Source: Eledone cirrhosa
Taxonomy: Eukaryota
Length of the DNA: 64,000 bases
Direction: 5' to 3'
Assembly: GCA_964016885.1 (NCBI GenBank)
Contig: OZ024742.1
Coordinates: 356,624,001-356,688,000 of the forward strand
Part shown: piece by piece, positions 1 to 14,792 of the stretch
Numbering within the stretch: position 1 is the first letter of the stretch
How the letters are laid out: each line of letters starts with the position of its first letter
The notes under the pieces: generated by a model
What the model was told of the DNA's origin: nothing
Database searches by the model: none
The model's input: the letters and a program-made list of their open reading frames with translations, nothing else
Translations under genes and position numbers: made by a program

Positions 1-153
1 TTCCTGGACAAATTTAAACTTCAAAATCCAAACCCGCTCCGTAGATGAATTTGAACTTCGAAACCCAAATATGTTTCGCAACGATGGTACATGAATTGAA
101 AAATAAAGAGAATCGAAATGGAATTGAAATAAAAAGTGAAATATCCAAATCTT

Positions 154-645
<492 letters not shown>

Positions 646-808
646 CCCAAGGCACTGATACCATCAACACTATAAACACAGAACTGGCATATCTAACAAC
701 TGACTAACTGCCTCAACGAGGTCATAGCCATTCAATGGCTCTCATCGAAGTATATATAGCATTAAATAAAGGATTATAAGTTCATGCAATTGACTTATGT
801 TTCGTCAC
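646..808 (+). mobile_element. PLE terminal (pLTR-like) fragment, HHR family A, with degenerate core
   Basis: Reverse complement matches 26090-26253; core reads ctcaacga instead of ctgatga; TA tracts on both sides. Confidence 0.75.
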
Positions 809-831
809 TATATATATATACATATACATAC

Positions 832-906
<75 letters not shown>

Positions 907-927
907 ATGTATATATATATATATATA

Positions 928-1000
<73 letters not shown>

Positions 1001-1011
1001 CATATATATAA

Positions 1012-1045
<34 letters not shown>

Positions 1046-1094
1046 ATAGATATATATATATAATGTATATATATATATATATGTATATATATAC

Positions 1095-1625
1095 CACGAT
1101 AAATTAACGGAGCCATACACCCTCGCCATTCCCTGTAAATGATGTGTTCAAAGGAGGAGAAATCCTGAGCTCTTTAAAATACAATATGTTGAAAACGTAA
1201 CACACCAGAGAGAGATATACAGTGCGCTATCAATAGAACAGGGAAAAAACCACCAGTGTATGTAGTCTATAACCAATGAAAGGCAGACTATAGACACGAT
1301 AATTAAAAATATAAATTAAAGCGTTAATAAATACCTCTATAACTATATAACACACATATAAATCCAAAGAGATCTGTTTCGCCAGTAATTTGTTGACAGA
1401 AATGGAATAACCTCGGTTCCTCAGTGTGTGTAAGGCTATACATTTCAGACAACACTGAGAGAATTTTAAAAGTGACTGTCCAGATACACGTGGGAGAGAG
1501 AAGTCACAGCGTGTTTAAAGGCAGTGGACACTGAGGGACGAGCTGCTAAAAAGGGCAGCCTCTTTTATTGATAGCGCACTGTATATCTCACTCTGGTGTG
1601 TTACCGTTTCAACATATTGCATTTA
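1095..1625 (-). mobile_element. Non-coding HHR element, family B (539-nt unit), with inverted terminal segment
   Basis: Homologous to 3855-4388 and 59446-60030; 1177-1235 is inverted at 1566-1625; HHR at 1350-1431 (-). Confidence 0.85.
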
Positions 1626-1648
1626 TATATATATATATATATATAAAT

Positions 1649-1711
<63 letters not shown>

Positions 1712-1717
<6 letters not shown>

Positions 1718-1877
1718 AATACCTAATAAATTCCTTTTTTAACAAAAGCACTTTCATTTTATATTCATCCTTTCTACATTTCTCCGGAATATAATTTATA
1801 CTCGTTGAGCAAACCTGCACGTACGCTGTTCATCTCTAACGTAACGATATATTATCACTACATTATTGATAACCTGA

Positions 1878-1885
<8 letters not shown>
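1712..1885 (+). mobile_element. 3' fragment of the Naiad-type PLE at 8327-10160
   Basis: Near-identical to 9989-10160; starts at the HHR stem III/cleavage site (atat-gtc), fused to (TA)n. Confidence 0.85.
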
Positions 1886-1919
<34 letters not shown>

Positions 1920-1923
<4 letters not shown>

Positions 1924-2972
1924 GACGTAAAATAAGAGAATTATGAAAATTGACTTACTTACTAAAATTTCACTCCAAATAATTAGTTTCTGTAAGGGAA
2001 TAAATATGGTTACGCAACATAATCACAGAGAAATCTTACGTCATCAGGGAGTTTATTCTCAGCTAAGTTGCTAGGCAATGCGTGGACACAAGGAACTCAT
2101 ATAAAAATAATTCAATGGATGGAAAAAAGCGAGCGTGGACTAAATTCTAGGACATTGAAAAATTCACTGCCTGCTTGGTCAGTGGCAAATTCGAAAGAAT
2201 CCATCACGTGACACTGAGGTTACTCAGTGAGGAGTGGGATGTTATTAAGACAAGGGCCTGACCACTACCATGAACCATAGTAATAATTTCGGCAAATTTT
2301 TACTCAACAAATAATTTGGAGATAATTATAAAGATTTAGTATATCTACCAACATATGTATACAGATGCATACCTATGCTAGCAAATATATATGTTTAGTC
2401 TTAGTAACTTTGTAGTTCAATGCAAGGGGATGCAGAACAATTATATGAAAGAAGTAAAATAAGAGAATTATGAAAATTGACTTACTTACTAAAATGTTCA
2501 GTCCAACTTATTAGTAGTGGTCAGGCCCTTGTCTTAATAACATACCACTTCTCACTGATTAACCTAGGTGTTACGTGATTGATTCTTTCGAATTTGCCAC
2601 TGACCAAACAGGCAGTGAATTTTTTCAATGTCCTGGAATTTAGTCCCCGCTCGCTTTTTTCCATCCATTGAATTATTTTTATATGAGTTCCATGTGTCCA
2701 CGCATTGCCTAGGAACTTAGCTGAGAATAGACTTCCTGATGACGTAAGTTTTCTCTGTGATACGTTGCGTAACCATATTTATTCCCTTACAGAAACTAAT
2801 TAGTTGGAGTTAAAATTTTAGTAAGTCAATGTTCATAAATCTCTTATTTTACGTCTTTCATATAATTGTTCTGCATCCCCTTGCATTGAACTACAAAGTT
2901 ACTAAGACTAAACATATATATTTGCTAGCATAGGTATGCATCTGTATACATAGGTTGGTAGATATACTAATT

Positions 2973-2977
<5 letters not shown>
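1920..2977. mobile_element. Non-coding HHR element, family C (~527-bp period; more than one unit, then an inverted copy)
   Basis: gaaagacgtaaaataagagaattatg recurs at about 1920 and 2447; inversion near 2512; HHRs at 1972-2052 (-) and 2731-2810 (+). Confidence 0.88.
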
Positions 2978-3047
<70 letters not shown>

Positions 3048-3065
3048 TACATATATATATATATT

Positions 3066-3376
<311 letters not shown>

Positions 3377-3431
3377 TGAGATTCTACAGGACTAGAACTG
3401 TTTCATTCATTAGAAATCATCAGGAATCAGG

Positions 3432-3480
3432 GATTCCTGATGATTTCTAATGAATGAAACAGTTCTAGTCCTGTAGAATC
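3432..3480 (+). ncRNA. Minimal type I hammerhead ribozyme, family E (mirror copy 3380-3428 on -)
   Basis: GAUUC-CUGAUGA-u[uuc uaau gaa]u-GAAAC-AG uucuaguc CU-GUA-GAAUC; stem I covaries with the 39617-39667 copy. Confidence 0.88.
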
Positions 3481-3564
3481 TCATCTATATTAAAACTGTT
3501 ATATTCTGCTATGTATTGAGTACCTTACTTACTGTGGTTACCTCCGATTCAACCCGGAATAACG

Positions 3565-3601
<37 letters not shown>

Positions 3602-3732
3602 GTGTGTGTATATATATATATATAATATATATATATATATATACATATATATAAATATATATATATATATAATGTATATATATATATATAATATATATAT
3701 ATATATAATGTATATATAATGTATATATAATG

Positions 3733-3845
<113 letters not shown>

Positions 3846-3854
3846 ATATATATA

Positions 3855-4382
3855 CCACGATAAATTAACGGAGCCATACACCCTCGCCATTCCCTGTTAA
3901 TAATGTGCTCAAAGAAGGAGAAATCCTGAGCTCTTTAAAATACAATATGTTGAAAAGGTAACACACCAGAGAGAGATATACAGTGCGCTATCAATACAAC
4001 AGGGGAAAAAACCACCAGTGTATGTAATCTATAACCTATGAAAGGCAGACTATAGATACGATAATTAAAAATATAAATTAATGCGAAAAATAAATACCTC
4101 TATAACTATATAACACACATATAAATCGAAAGAGATCTGTTTCGCCAGTAATTTGTTGACAGAAATGGAATAACCTCGGTTCCTCAGTGTGTGTAAGGCT
4201 ATACATTTCAGACAACACTGAGAGAATTTTAAAAGTGACTGTCCAGATACACGTGGGAGAGAGAAGTCACAGCGTGTTTAAGGGCAGTGGACTCTGAGGG
4301 ACGAGCTGCTAGAAAGGGCAGCCTCTTTTATTGATAGCGCACTGTATATCTCACTCTGGTGTGTTACCTTTTCAACATATTG

Positions 4383-4388
<6 letters not shown>
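3855..4388 (-). mobile_element. Second copy of the family B element with the same breakpoints as 1095-1625
   Basis: High identity and same inversion junction; HHR at 4113-4194 (-). Confidence 0.85.
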
Positions 4389-4395
<7 letters not shown>

Positions 4396-4417
<22 letters not shown>

Positions 4418-4735
4418 CGTTTCTGAATTTGTTTAGCAAGATTCTTTATCTGAAAACATGTGTTGAAACTGATATGGTTATTCTTTGGGTGGGTCATGAT
4501 GCCAATAAAAAATACACTCACCAGTTGCTTTAACTCCACTTTATTATAAATTAAATTTATAAATTTAAGAATTTATGAATTTCCGGATGGCTGGTTGGTT
4601 CCATAACAGGACGGTTGTTCATATATTGTCCAAGTTCTTTCGTCACACATTCTGTGAACTCTTTATTGATTCGGGATTATTTTATTTGTCTTGTGACTCT
4701 TCTTTGGTCTGTCCTACGTCATCTTGTTTTTGTGT
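4396..4735 (-). mobile_element. PLE terminal fragment, family D
   Basis: Homologous to 44150-44560; degenerate HHR near 4628-4670 (-). Confidence 0.7.
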
Positions 4736-4745
4736 GTCACCCTAT

Positions 4746-4790
4746 GCTCTGATGAAACCAGACTTCCCTCAGGAAGAAACATTTGTCAGC
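4746..4790 (+). ncRNA. Hammerhead ribozyme candidate, family Q
   Basis: GCU-CUGAUGA-aaccaga cuucc cuca ggaa-GAAAC auuu GUC-AGC; related degenerate copy near 13118-13160. Confidence 0.55.
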
Positions 4791-4985
4791 GAATAAATCT
4801 TCTAAATTAAAATTTGATCGTTTTAACACCTTGTATCTCAGCTCTGTAAAACACTTGAAAATTTGCATTGAGCCTTTTGTCATACCGGTAACCGGCTAGT
4901 ACTTAGTACTACCTTCCATATTTATAGTTGTATTAAACATATATAAATATCCTTATTACATATATATATATATATTTATATATAT

Positions 4986-5843
4986 AGAGAATTAGTATAT
5001 TACCAACATATGTATACAGATGTATGCCCATGCTAGCAAATATATATGTTATGTCTTAGTACCTTTGTGGTTCTATGCAGGGGGATGCAGAACAATTATA
5101 TGAAAGACGTAAAATGAGAAAATTTAAAAAGTTAAAAATTAACTTACTAAAATTTTCACTCCAACTAATTAGTTTCTGTAAGGGAGTAAATATAGTTACG
5201 CAATGCAACTATAGAGAAGTCCTTACGTCATCAGGGAGTCTATTCTCAGCTAAGTTCCCAGGCAATGCGCGGACACTAGGAACCCATATAAAAATAATAA
5301 TTCAGTGGATGGAATAAAGCTAGCGGGGACTACATTCCAGGGCACTGAAAAAATTCACTGCCTACTTGGTTAGTGGCAAATTCTAAAAAATCAATCACGT
5401 GACACTGAGGTTAATCAGTGAGGAGTGGGGTAGTATTATGACAAGAGCCTATCTACTACCATGAACCATAGCAGTAAATTTTGGCAAGTTTCGCTCAACA
5501 AATAATTTGGAGATAAATATAGAGAATTAGTATATCTACCAACATATGTACACAGATGTATCCCCATGCTAGCAAATATATATGTTATGTCTTAGTACCT
5601 TTGTGGTTCTATGCAGGTGGTGCAGATATTCCATCCTCTGAATTATTATTTCTATATGGGTTCCTAGTGTCCGCGCATTGCCTGGGAACTTAGCTGAGAA
5701 TAGACTCTCTGATGACGTAAGGACGTCTCTATAGTTGCATTGCGTAACTATATTTATTCCCTTACAGAAACTAATTAGTAGGAGTGAAAATTTTAGTAAG
5801 TTAATTTTTAATTTTTAAAATTTTCTTATTTTACGTCTTTCAC
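4986..5843. mobile_element. Family C HHR element (~535-bp period plus an inverted segment)
   Basis: agagaattagtatat recurs at 4986 and 5521; inversion near 5625; HHRs at 5158-5239 (-) and 5704-5785 (+). Confidence 0.88.
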
Positions 5844-6680
5844 ATATTTATATATATGTATATATACATACATATATATTTATACATATATATACTATCT
5901 ATATATATATATATTTATATATATATATACTATCTATATATATATATATTATCTATACATATATATTATCCTACTTTATTTGAATCTTCTTTTTATTTTT
6001 CACTTCTCCATATTCATTTTCATTACTTCTTCACCAATTTTTCATTTATTCTTTATTCTTTATTCTCTATTTATTATTTATTTTCTGTTTTCTTCATTTA
6101 TTGCCTTATATTTCTTCATATACATGGAAGAACCCCCCCCCCCCCAACACCACCTCTACTATGATAGATGGATGGCAGGAGGGATGAAGAATAAACACAC
6201 ATAGATACTTCTAAATTGTCAGCAGCAGCAAGACATAAGCTGACCACAACACCAACAACACTACCGAAATAATGGTAGAGGTCAAATGTACTTAACAATA
6301 GCAAACACAAACACTACAGGGAGCCTCACCCCAGAAAGAATTCTATAGACATCTGACTGAGGAATGCTCTCAAAACTGACCAATGGGAAGTTTGACACTT
6401 TTTTTGGTTATTTTGTTCCTTTACCACCTTGTTCCTTCTACCACTTTATCAATTTTTTAAGCTAACTCCAACAATAACAACACTTAGAATGAGGAATGTT
6501 CTAAAAACTGACCAATGAGAGGAGAAGAGGCCCTTTGACACTGAAATTCGTTTGTTTGAATTCATATGATTCCAGTTCCTCGAAGAAATAACAATCTAAC
6601 CAGGAACTGCACATATCAGAGTATTGACAATATTATACACCTCAACAACATATGTACTTGTCTATACCACACTAATTCGG

Positions 6681-6735
6681 ACTGCCTGAAGAGGTCACAG
6701 CCAAAGATGGTTGTCACTGAAATATATATAGCAGT
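6681..6735 (+). ncRNA. Type I hammerhead ribozyme, family A, ending a probable PLE 3' region (about 5970-6780)
   Basis: ACUGC-CUGAAGA-ggucacagcc...gguugucacu-GAAA-UAUAU-AUA-GCAGU; 2-bp stem III with palindromic AUAU loop. Confidence 0.85.
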
Positions 6736-6794
6736 AATAAACGAAGCTAAATTTTAAACATTTGACTTTTTATTTAACTTTATTATATATATAT

Positions 6795-7157
6795 ATATAT
6801 AAAGAAAAAGAGATGAAGTCGAAAATGCAACTGGAGTCTTATTTTTTTAAAAAATATATATATTTATTTGGTTCCTTTACCAGTTTCGCAGTTCTTCTGC
6901 TTTTCAAAAGTAGAGTTGACATGGAGGGTCTGTGGTTTTTCTCACATCCGAGATGTGAGAAAAATCACAGACCCTCCATGTCAACTCTACTTTTGAAAAG
7001 CAGAAGAACTGCGAAACTGGTAAAGGAACCAAATAAATATATATATTTTTTAAAAAAATAAGACTCCAGTTGCATTTTCGATTTCATCACTTTTTCTTTA
7101 TACTTTTACTCGTGTAGGTCACCTCGGTTATTTTTCAATTTGTAAAAAAAACCTCAC

Positions 7158-7165
<8 letters not shown>
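6795..7165. mobile_element. Fold-back element, family F (palindrome centred near 6950) with U3-A8 HHR at 6990-7025
   Basis: About 150-bp arms; homologous to 55215-55565. Confidence 0.85.
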
Positions 7166-7224
<59 letters not shown>

Positions 7225-7243
7225 CATAAATACATACATATTA

Positions 7244-7520
7244 TCATCATCATCTTTTAACATCTGTCTTCCAGGCTAGCATGGGTTTAGAAGGGAATTA
7301 TCCCACTTGAGGCAAGTTTGGTCGTCTCGCTCGTATAGGACTATCTGGCATGTTTTCTACAGCTGTATGCCCTTCCTAACACCAACCACATTTACAGTGT
7401 GGACTGAGAGGTTTTGACCGTGTTACCTACACGGCCTCATTACAGCGTGGACTGTGATTTTTTGGGGTCGTAACACCTACACGACCTCATTTATTTAGGA
7501 CTGGATGTTGTGGTACGGCT
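7244..7520 (-). mobile_element. RTE LINE 3' UTR/tail fragment with (CAT)n
   Basis: Reverse complement of 58780-59050. Confidence 0.85.
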
Positions 7521-7649
7521 CTGTAAAACACTTGATAATTTGCATTGAGCCTTTTGTCATACTGGTAACCGGCTAGTACTCAGTACTACTCTACATATTT
7601 ATAGTTATATCAAACATATATAAATATAAATATAACTATATATATATGT

Positions 7650-7731
<82 letters not shown>

Positions 7732-7744
7732 ATAATGAATATAT

Positions 7745-8185
<441 letters not shown>

Positions 8186-8257
8186 ATACACACACACACA
8201 CACACATATATATACATATATATATATATACACATATATATACACACACATACATAT

Positions 8258-8326
<69 letters not shown>

Positions 8327-8329
<3 letters not shown>

Positions 8330-10155
8330 GATGAATATAAAATGAAAGTGCTTTTGTTAAAAAAGGAATTTATTAGGTATTGACATATGTTTCTGTAACA
8401 GACCGAATACCTATGTATCGCTGCTTGCGTAATCATATAATGTTAGCAAGTATTCGATAGCAAATGTATAATCAGTTGTCACTTCTTCAGAGATTTTGGA
8501 TAAACTGGATAAAATCAGAAAAATTGAAGTATTTATATTAGTAAAAGAGGAAGGAACAGAGGGGATAGAATATGACAGATGGTAAAATAATTTACTGCTA
8601 AACAAGTATATAATGGGTTTTTAATGAGAATACCATGAGTAAATCTAAATAAGAATTTTGGGAGTGCCAATTTTTATCTCTACTTGACCAACTGGACAGT
8701 GGACAGGGCTGGTCATTTGGTGCAGTAGTATTAATTATAAAGTGTCAATTGGGGAAGGGGGAGATTTCGATTGCTACTAAATAACATCAATGCTAGTAGT
8801 CAGCTGGTATTTGCACTAGGGAATTGAATCAAGAAATCAGAAATCTCATTTTATCTATAACAGTTTGTATTAAAAGGTAAATAATAGAAGAGTTGATAGA
8901 ATTAAGACTAATAAAGAATGTTCATATCTATTTTGACAATCAAACGGGGATAGAGACAGGCGTTCAATCCTGGTAGTATTTATAATATGAAAATGTAGAT
9001 TTTAAGCGATGGTTACAGTATAACGATCGCTCTATTCTGTTATTTAATAAAATGTTTTTGGATTTCATAATACAAAATAATTCTACATTACATAATTTAC
9101 AAAATTCCTGTCCATTGGATATGGGGGGGCAGTCACTATTATATCCCATTTTAGGTGAAATTGTTGGTTATTTTCACGCAGCTGCCAAGCCTTGTCTGCG
9201 AGTGTTGTTACATAACGCTGGTTTTCATGTTTTATCGAATAACGATGTCTATAAAGGCGTGATTTGAAGGAGGTGGCTGTAGATCCCACATAGTACCACT
9301 TCTGTCTATCCGATTCGATAGTACATTTGTATACGATGTTGCGTTCAAGACACTGATTGTTCAACGGACACACATCCATGTTATATACGTTTGATGTTTT
9401 GTCTGGTTAGAGCAGACAAAACATCAAACGTATATACCATGGATGTGGACACTTACAATAACTTCATCCGTAAGGAATTGCATAAAAAATACAGGAAAAC
9501 TAATGAAGCCACACTTAAAAACATCAACAACTCGGCATGTGATATTGTTAAAAAACTTTGTATTGACGATAGAACGCAACCCTTAACACCAGCTATTTAG
9601 TAGCAATCGAAATCTCCCCCTTCCCCAATTGACACTTTATAATTAATACTACTGCACCAAATGACCAGCCCTGTCCACTGTCCAGTTGGTCAAGTAGAGA
9701 TAAAAATTGGCACTCCCAAAATTCTTATTTAGATTTACTCATGGTATTCTCATTAAAAACCCATTATATACTTGTTTAGCAGTAAATTATTTTACCATCT
9801 GTCATATTCTATCCCCTCTGTTCCTTCCTCTTTTACTAATATAAATACTTCAATTTTTCTGATTTTATCCAGTTTATCCAAAATCTCTGAAGAAGTGACA
9901 ACTGATTATACATTTGCTATCGAATACTTGCTAACATTATATGATTACGCAAGCAGCGATACATAGGTATTCGGTCTGTTACAGAAACATATGTCAATAC
10001 CTAATAAATTCCTTTTTTAACAAAAGCACTTTCATTTTATATTCATCCTTTCTACATTTCTCCGGAATATAATTTATACTCGTTGAGCAAACCTGCACGT
10101 ACGCTGTTCATCTCTAACGTAACGATATATTATCACTACATTATTGATAACCTGA

Positions 10156-10160
<5 letters not shown>
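8327..10160. mobile_element. Rearranged Naiad-type PLE: GIY-YIG 3' end on - (about 8964-9372), RT N-terminal piece on + (9405-9590), inverted 3' UTRs
   Basis: CPLNNQC..IVYKC..YYVGST..FKSRL on -; VRADKTSNVY on +; 8327-8782 is the inverse of 9595-10050. Confidence 0.88.
9886..10002 (+). ncRNA. Hammerhead-like motif, family J, with a long stem II insert (mirror near 8375-8490)
   Basis: CUGAAGA-a-GUGACA..UGUUAC-a-GAAAC auau GUC; canonical stem I is weak. Confidence 0.55.
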
Positions 10161-10186
<26 letters not shown>

Positions 10187-10544
10187 CATACATATACAAA
10201 CACATATACACATACATATATATACACATATACTTATATATAAATATACACATAAAAATATATCTATCTATCTAGGGCGGGTAAAATTCCCGAGATCCAT
10301 GGACGAGTTCTCTCCAGCATGGGATTTTGTCGTGTAAAAAAGGTTATAACTAGAAGATAAAAATATCAAAAAATTCAAAAGTTCCGCAATAGGGGTAAAC
10401 TTCCGAGGGTCACTCGTCGCGAAAACCACACAAAAGACCACGGCCACTCTGACCATGAGGACAAGCGCCCTCTCTAAGTTTTCCACCCCTCAGGCTACAG
10501 GCGCATAATCATAGCGGCCCCGGTCAAGCGCCGGATATATCCTG

Positions 10545-11050
10545 ATGCGCGGCACCGCTCACAAGGAATATGAAGCAGTGACAGGAGCAAAGTTAAACCA
10601 GGAAAAGTCGATGGGCTTGCAACCGGCACCTGGACTGGCAATTCCATGCCACCCAACAGCATTGTGGTGGCGCTGGACGGAAGGACCGGTTAAATTTCTC
10701 GGGGTCTGGTTCGGTCCAGACCTCCAGATGGAGAAAAACTGGAGCGAGGTGACGAACAGGGTTGCCTCTCTCACCCAGAAATGGGCCGAGAGGAAGCTCT
10801 CCCTGAAAGGTCAGACAGAGGTTGCAAATGCGTTCATCGCATCCGTCATCTGCTACCACCTAAATGTTGTGCCTTGCCCCGGCCCAAATCTGACAAAAAT
10901 GGAGCGCCTCCTCTTCCGCTTTTTATGGAAGGGAGTGCTCCCATAGTCAGACGATCCATCTGGTGTCAACACCCGTGCGTGGAGGGCAGGGCATGCGTGG
11001 CTGATAATGCGCAAACATGCGCAGAGGCTGCGAAATCTCTGCTGCATCCT
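10545..11050 (+). pseudogene. Tx1/L1-clade non-LTR retrotransposon, RT C-terminal fragment
   Basis: YEAVTGAKLNQEKS...VKFLGVWFG...WAERKLSLKG...FRFLW motifs. Confidence 0.8.
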
Positions 11051-11203
11051 TGATGGTGCAAAAATGAGGACACACACACACACAGACAATTACACTTTTA
11101 TATGTATGTATAGATATACATACATATATAAACACATATGCACATATATATATACACATATACATATATAAATATACACATAAAAATATATCTATCTATC
11201 TAT

Positions 11204-11425
11204 CTAGGGCGGGTAAAATTCCCGAGATCCATGAACGAGTTCTCTCCCGCGGTCTCTGTCCCTCATTATCGCTGCCATGTCTTGCGTCTCCAACAGACCT
11301 GTGCCTGTCCTTAGGGAATCAACATATGTTAAATTCGGTCTTCCACTTCCACTGTGTCCATGCAGGGTCTCCCACAGCAGCCCTGAGTCCAGTGTCAAGT
11401 CTGGATATCAGTGAGCATGTCCAGT
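11204..11425 (-). mobile_element. RTE-clade LINE 3' fragment (second RTE family; short duplicate at 10271-10320)
   Basis: GRPNLTYVDSLRTGTGL..MRDRDR; same family as 31560-32020. Confidence 0.8.
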
Positions 11426-11518
11426 TCGTGAGTTTTAACAGGCACTCACAAATAAACGTTTCTCATTGGTGGTGCTATTAACAATCTTCTTACCCATGCA
11501 ACGCCGGGATACACTGCT

Positions 11519-11640
<122 letters not shown>

Positions 11641-11646
11641 TGTATT

Positions 11647-11690
<44 letters not shown>

Positions 11691-11696
11691 TGTATC

Positions 11697-11735
<39 letters not shown>

Positions 11736-11743
11736 TTGTATTT

Positions 11744-11774
<31 letters not shown>

Positions 11775-11849
11775 TTTGTATTTATATATATATATATATA
11801 TATGTTTGTATTTATGTATACATATATAAATATATATTTATATATATAT

Positions 11850-12610
11850 CAAGTGCCCACAGGATACTAGTTCCTTCTATTGCTTACAGGATACTAACTC
11901 CTTCTATTGCCCAGATGGTTCTATAGAAATAGTGGACACCTTCCGTTACCTGGGTGACAAAATCAACAGTGGTGGAGGGAGCTCTGAAAGTACAGTAGCC
12001 AGAGTCAGAACGGGATGGAAAAAGTTCAGAGAGCTTATACCGCTGTTGGCTGCTAAAGGTTTCTCTCTAAAAATGAAAGGCATACTGTATGATGCCTGCA
12101 TACGAACAGCAATGCTACATGGCAGTGAGACATGGGCTTTACGTGCAGAGGACCTGTGCAGACTGGAGAGGAACGAAGCAGGCATGCTCCGTTAGATGTG
12201 TAATAGTAATATACATGAACGGCAAAGCATAAATGAACTAAGTAAGACATTAGGAATAAGCGCGATCAGATACTGTTTACTCGAGAGAAGATTACGTTGG
12301 TATGGTCACGTGATGCGTATGAAAAGCGACAGCTGTATAAAAAAAGTGCGGGGCGATCAAAATTGATTGAAGTTGCGGAGTAGGCAGAACCAGAAAAACC
12401 TGGGACGATTTGAGAAATTCCGACCTTACACACTTAAACTTCTCTTACACCAATGTCACTGGACCGAGATCTTTGGCACTACGCAGTAATACAGAAGACC
12501 CGCCTTGCCTAAGTACAAAGCGAAACCTACAGTCAGTAGGTACCTCTTAATCAAATATACACCCCATCCCACTATATCAACCCCCTACCCCCTATTAACA
12601 CCACCCCTTT
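11850..12610 (+). mobile_element. RTE LINE 3' fragment
   Basis: DTFRYLGD..GWKKFREL..MLHGSETW; homologous to 58025-58740. Confidence 0.92.
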
Positions 12611-13229
12611 CTCTGTACTTTTTATGTAAGGTGTAATGTAAAGCACTAGATAGAGTTCGGTATGTGATTTTCATTTAACTGTTTTACATTACACCTTACA
12701 TAACAACTACTTACATTATCACCAGATGCCTCTCTAACAAATTGCATACTATCTTCTAACAAATATAACATGCTTTAACACCCCACACAAAATATGTTTA
12801 TTTCAACTGCATTATAACCTTTCCTCATACATGCATTATTGACTGTACTGACTCCTGCATTGTACACCAATTTTCCTTGCTTATAACTTCTTTCCCTGTT
12901 TTTTTTTTAATTGTGATTTTTTTGCTTGTGCTTTCTACTTTTTGCTTATACCTATTACACTTCCAACCAGTGCTGCCTGTAATTGTATTCTTTCAAGCGG
13001 AACATCTTATTAAATCCTGACTCTCCACAGGGTGCCTTTGACACTAACAACAATTATGTACCCTAAAAGTTCTAAATGACTAGGATTTTGGTTATACGTT
13101 TTCGACATTCCTTATGTTGCGATGATCGCAGACTTCCCTCTGGAAGGAACAATTGTCAGTTAATAAATGTTCTAAACTAAAATTTGATCGTTTTAACACT
13201 GTGTGTATATATATATATATACATGTATA

Positions 13230-13308
<79 letters not shown>

Positions 13309-13526
13309 TAAAATAACAGATTAAAGTTTAAGCAAAGAATCGCTGCTTTCACCCTTAACGGGATCTTCTGAAACTAACAAAGTCAATCTGTAAACGCAGA
13401 ACTGGATATTTCAAAAAACGTTGCAACCGGAGGAAGACAGGAAGACGATACTTTGGTTCGTGGAAACGTTCGCTGGCAAAGAACGGGAAAAAACGAATAA
13501 TACGTCATTAATAGGAGCGGTGAAAA

Positions 13527-13581
13527 TAAAGTACCAGTAATGTACTGGGTAATTGCTGGCCTTGTGCCTAAAGTAGAAACA
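13527..13581 (+). mobile_element. 5'-truncated Meta-domain SINE insertion with a 20-bp TSD
   Basis: attaataggagcggtgaaaa at 13507-13526 and 13582-13601; empty site in the other arm near 17695-17715. Confidence 0.88.
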
Positions 13582-14792
13582 ATTAATAGGAGCGGTGAAA
13601 AACAATTACGTGCAAAGACAGAACCACGTTTATGGTATAAAAGAGGTCGTAGACTAATGTTCTCTTAGGTGGTGCATAGAGACGTTCTCTGGCAATGAAC
13701 GAAAAAACGAAGATAATAAGTCATATGTGGAGCGTGGAGAACAATAGCGCGCAAGGACAAAACCACGTAAATGGTATAGCAGAAGTCGTAGACTAAAATA
13801 CTAACTAGGAGACCAAATGAATCTCCGCTACAGAGTTAAGAACAAAGTAAATAAATACAATACAGAAGTAATAGAAACAAATAAATACATACACGCAAAC
13901 AGATACGTACATACACAAGCATCCGCAAAACCTTACCATAGGTATACGAAACCACGCACATATAAATATGTGTGTGTGTGTATGCTTGTGTACAAATAAA
14001 TAAATAATTATATAAACGTATATAAGTAAATAAATACGTATATAACAAGCGCACGCACATACCTACAAATAAATACACGAATGTTCGGAGACGTAAGTCA
14101 ACTAAAACAAGAAGTACACATATACACACACCCACCATACGTACGAACCTGCATACTCACGCAGACGCAAAACTCCCGTATACACATAGTCAAACCCTAA
14201 ATACCAGAATATGTAAAAATTATACGCCATAACAGTCAAATATACGTACGAGAAGGTATACATACCTTCACAAAACATACGGGTAATATATACATACCTA
14301 TGCAAATAAGTAAAGGAATAAATAAAACATATACTTAGCTCCCGCATCAAGATGTAAAATATCCACGTATAGATCGTGCTATCCGTTGGGGTATATCGTG
14401 GGGCTGTAATACAGGAAAGTTTTGTGCAATTTATGTTTACAAGCCGAAATTGCCTCGGATTTTTAGTTTAAGATGTGGTCTGTGGCGTAGAGTATTTCCA
14501 GGGCCTCAGCGGCGCAGAGGTCACATGGTCTTTTATTTCCGTAATACAATCTAGCCCTAGCTAGGATCTCCCAGTGTAACTTATATTGTGGTTGGTTGTC
14601 TTTTAGACTCCAGATATAAGCTGAAAGTGACGTCATATTCCTTCTTAGAGGGTAACGAAAAGAATGGGTATGCATGTACAGACGCTGCTTGAAACTATTG
14701 GCGGTTAACCCTATGTAGGCCCTACGGGACGTGGGTGTTACAACCTTACATTTGTAGACAATGTTACTAGAGAGGCATTTCCCGGACTTAGC

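Noticed and set aside
6356-6542. Repeated tgaggaatg..aaaactgaccaatg motif resembling a SECIS
   Set aside because: Helix pairing is poor and inconsistent between the two copies.
10325-11115. Helitron capture of the Tx1 fragment
   Set aside because: The Helitron-like 3' hairpin and 5' end are on opposite strands and do not bracket the fragment as one element.
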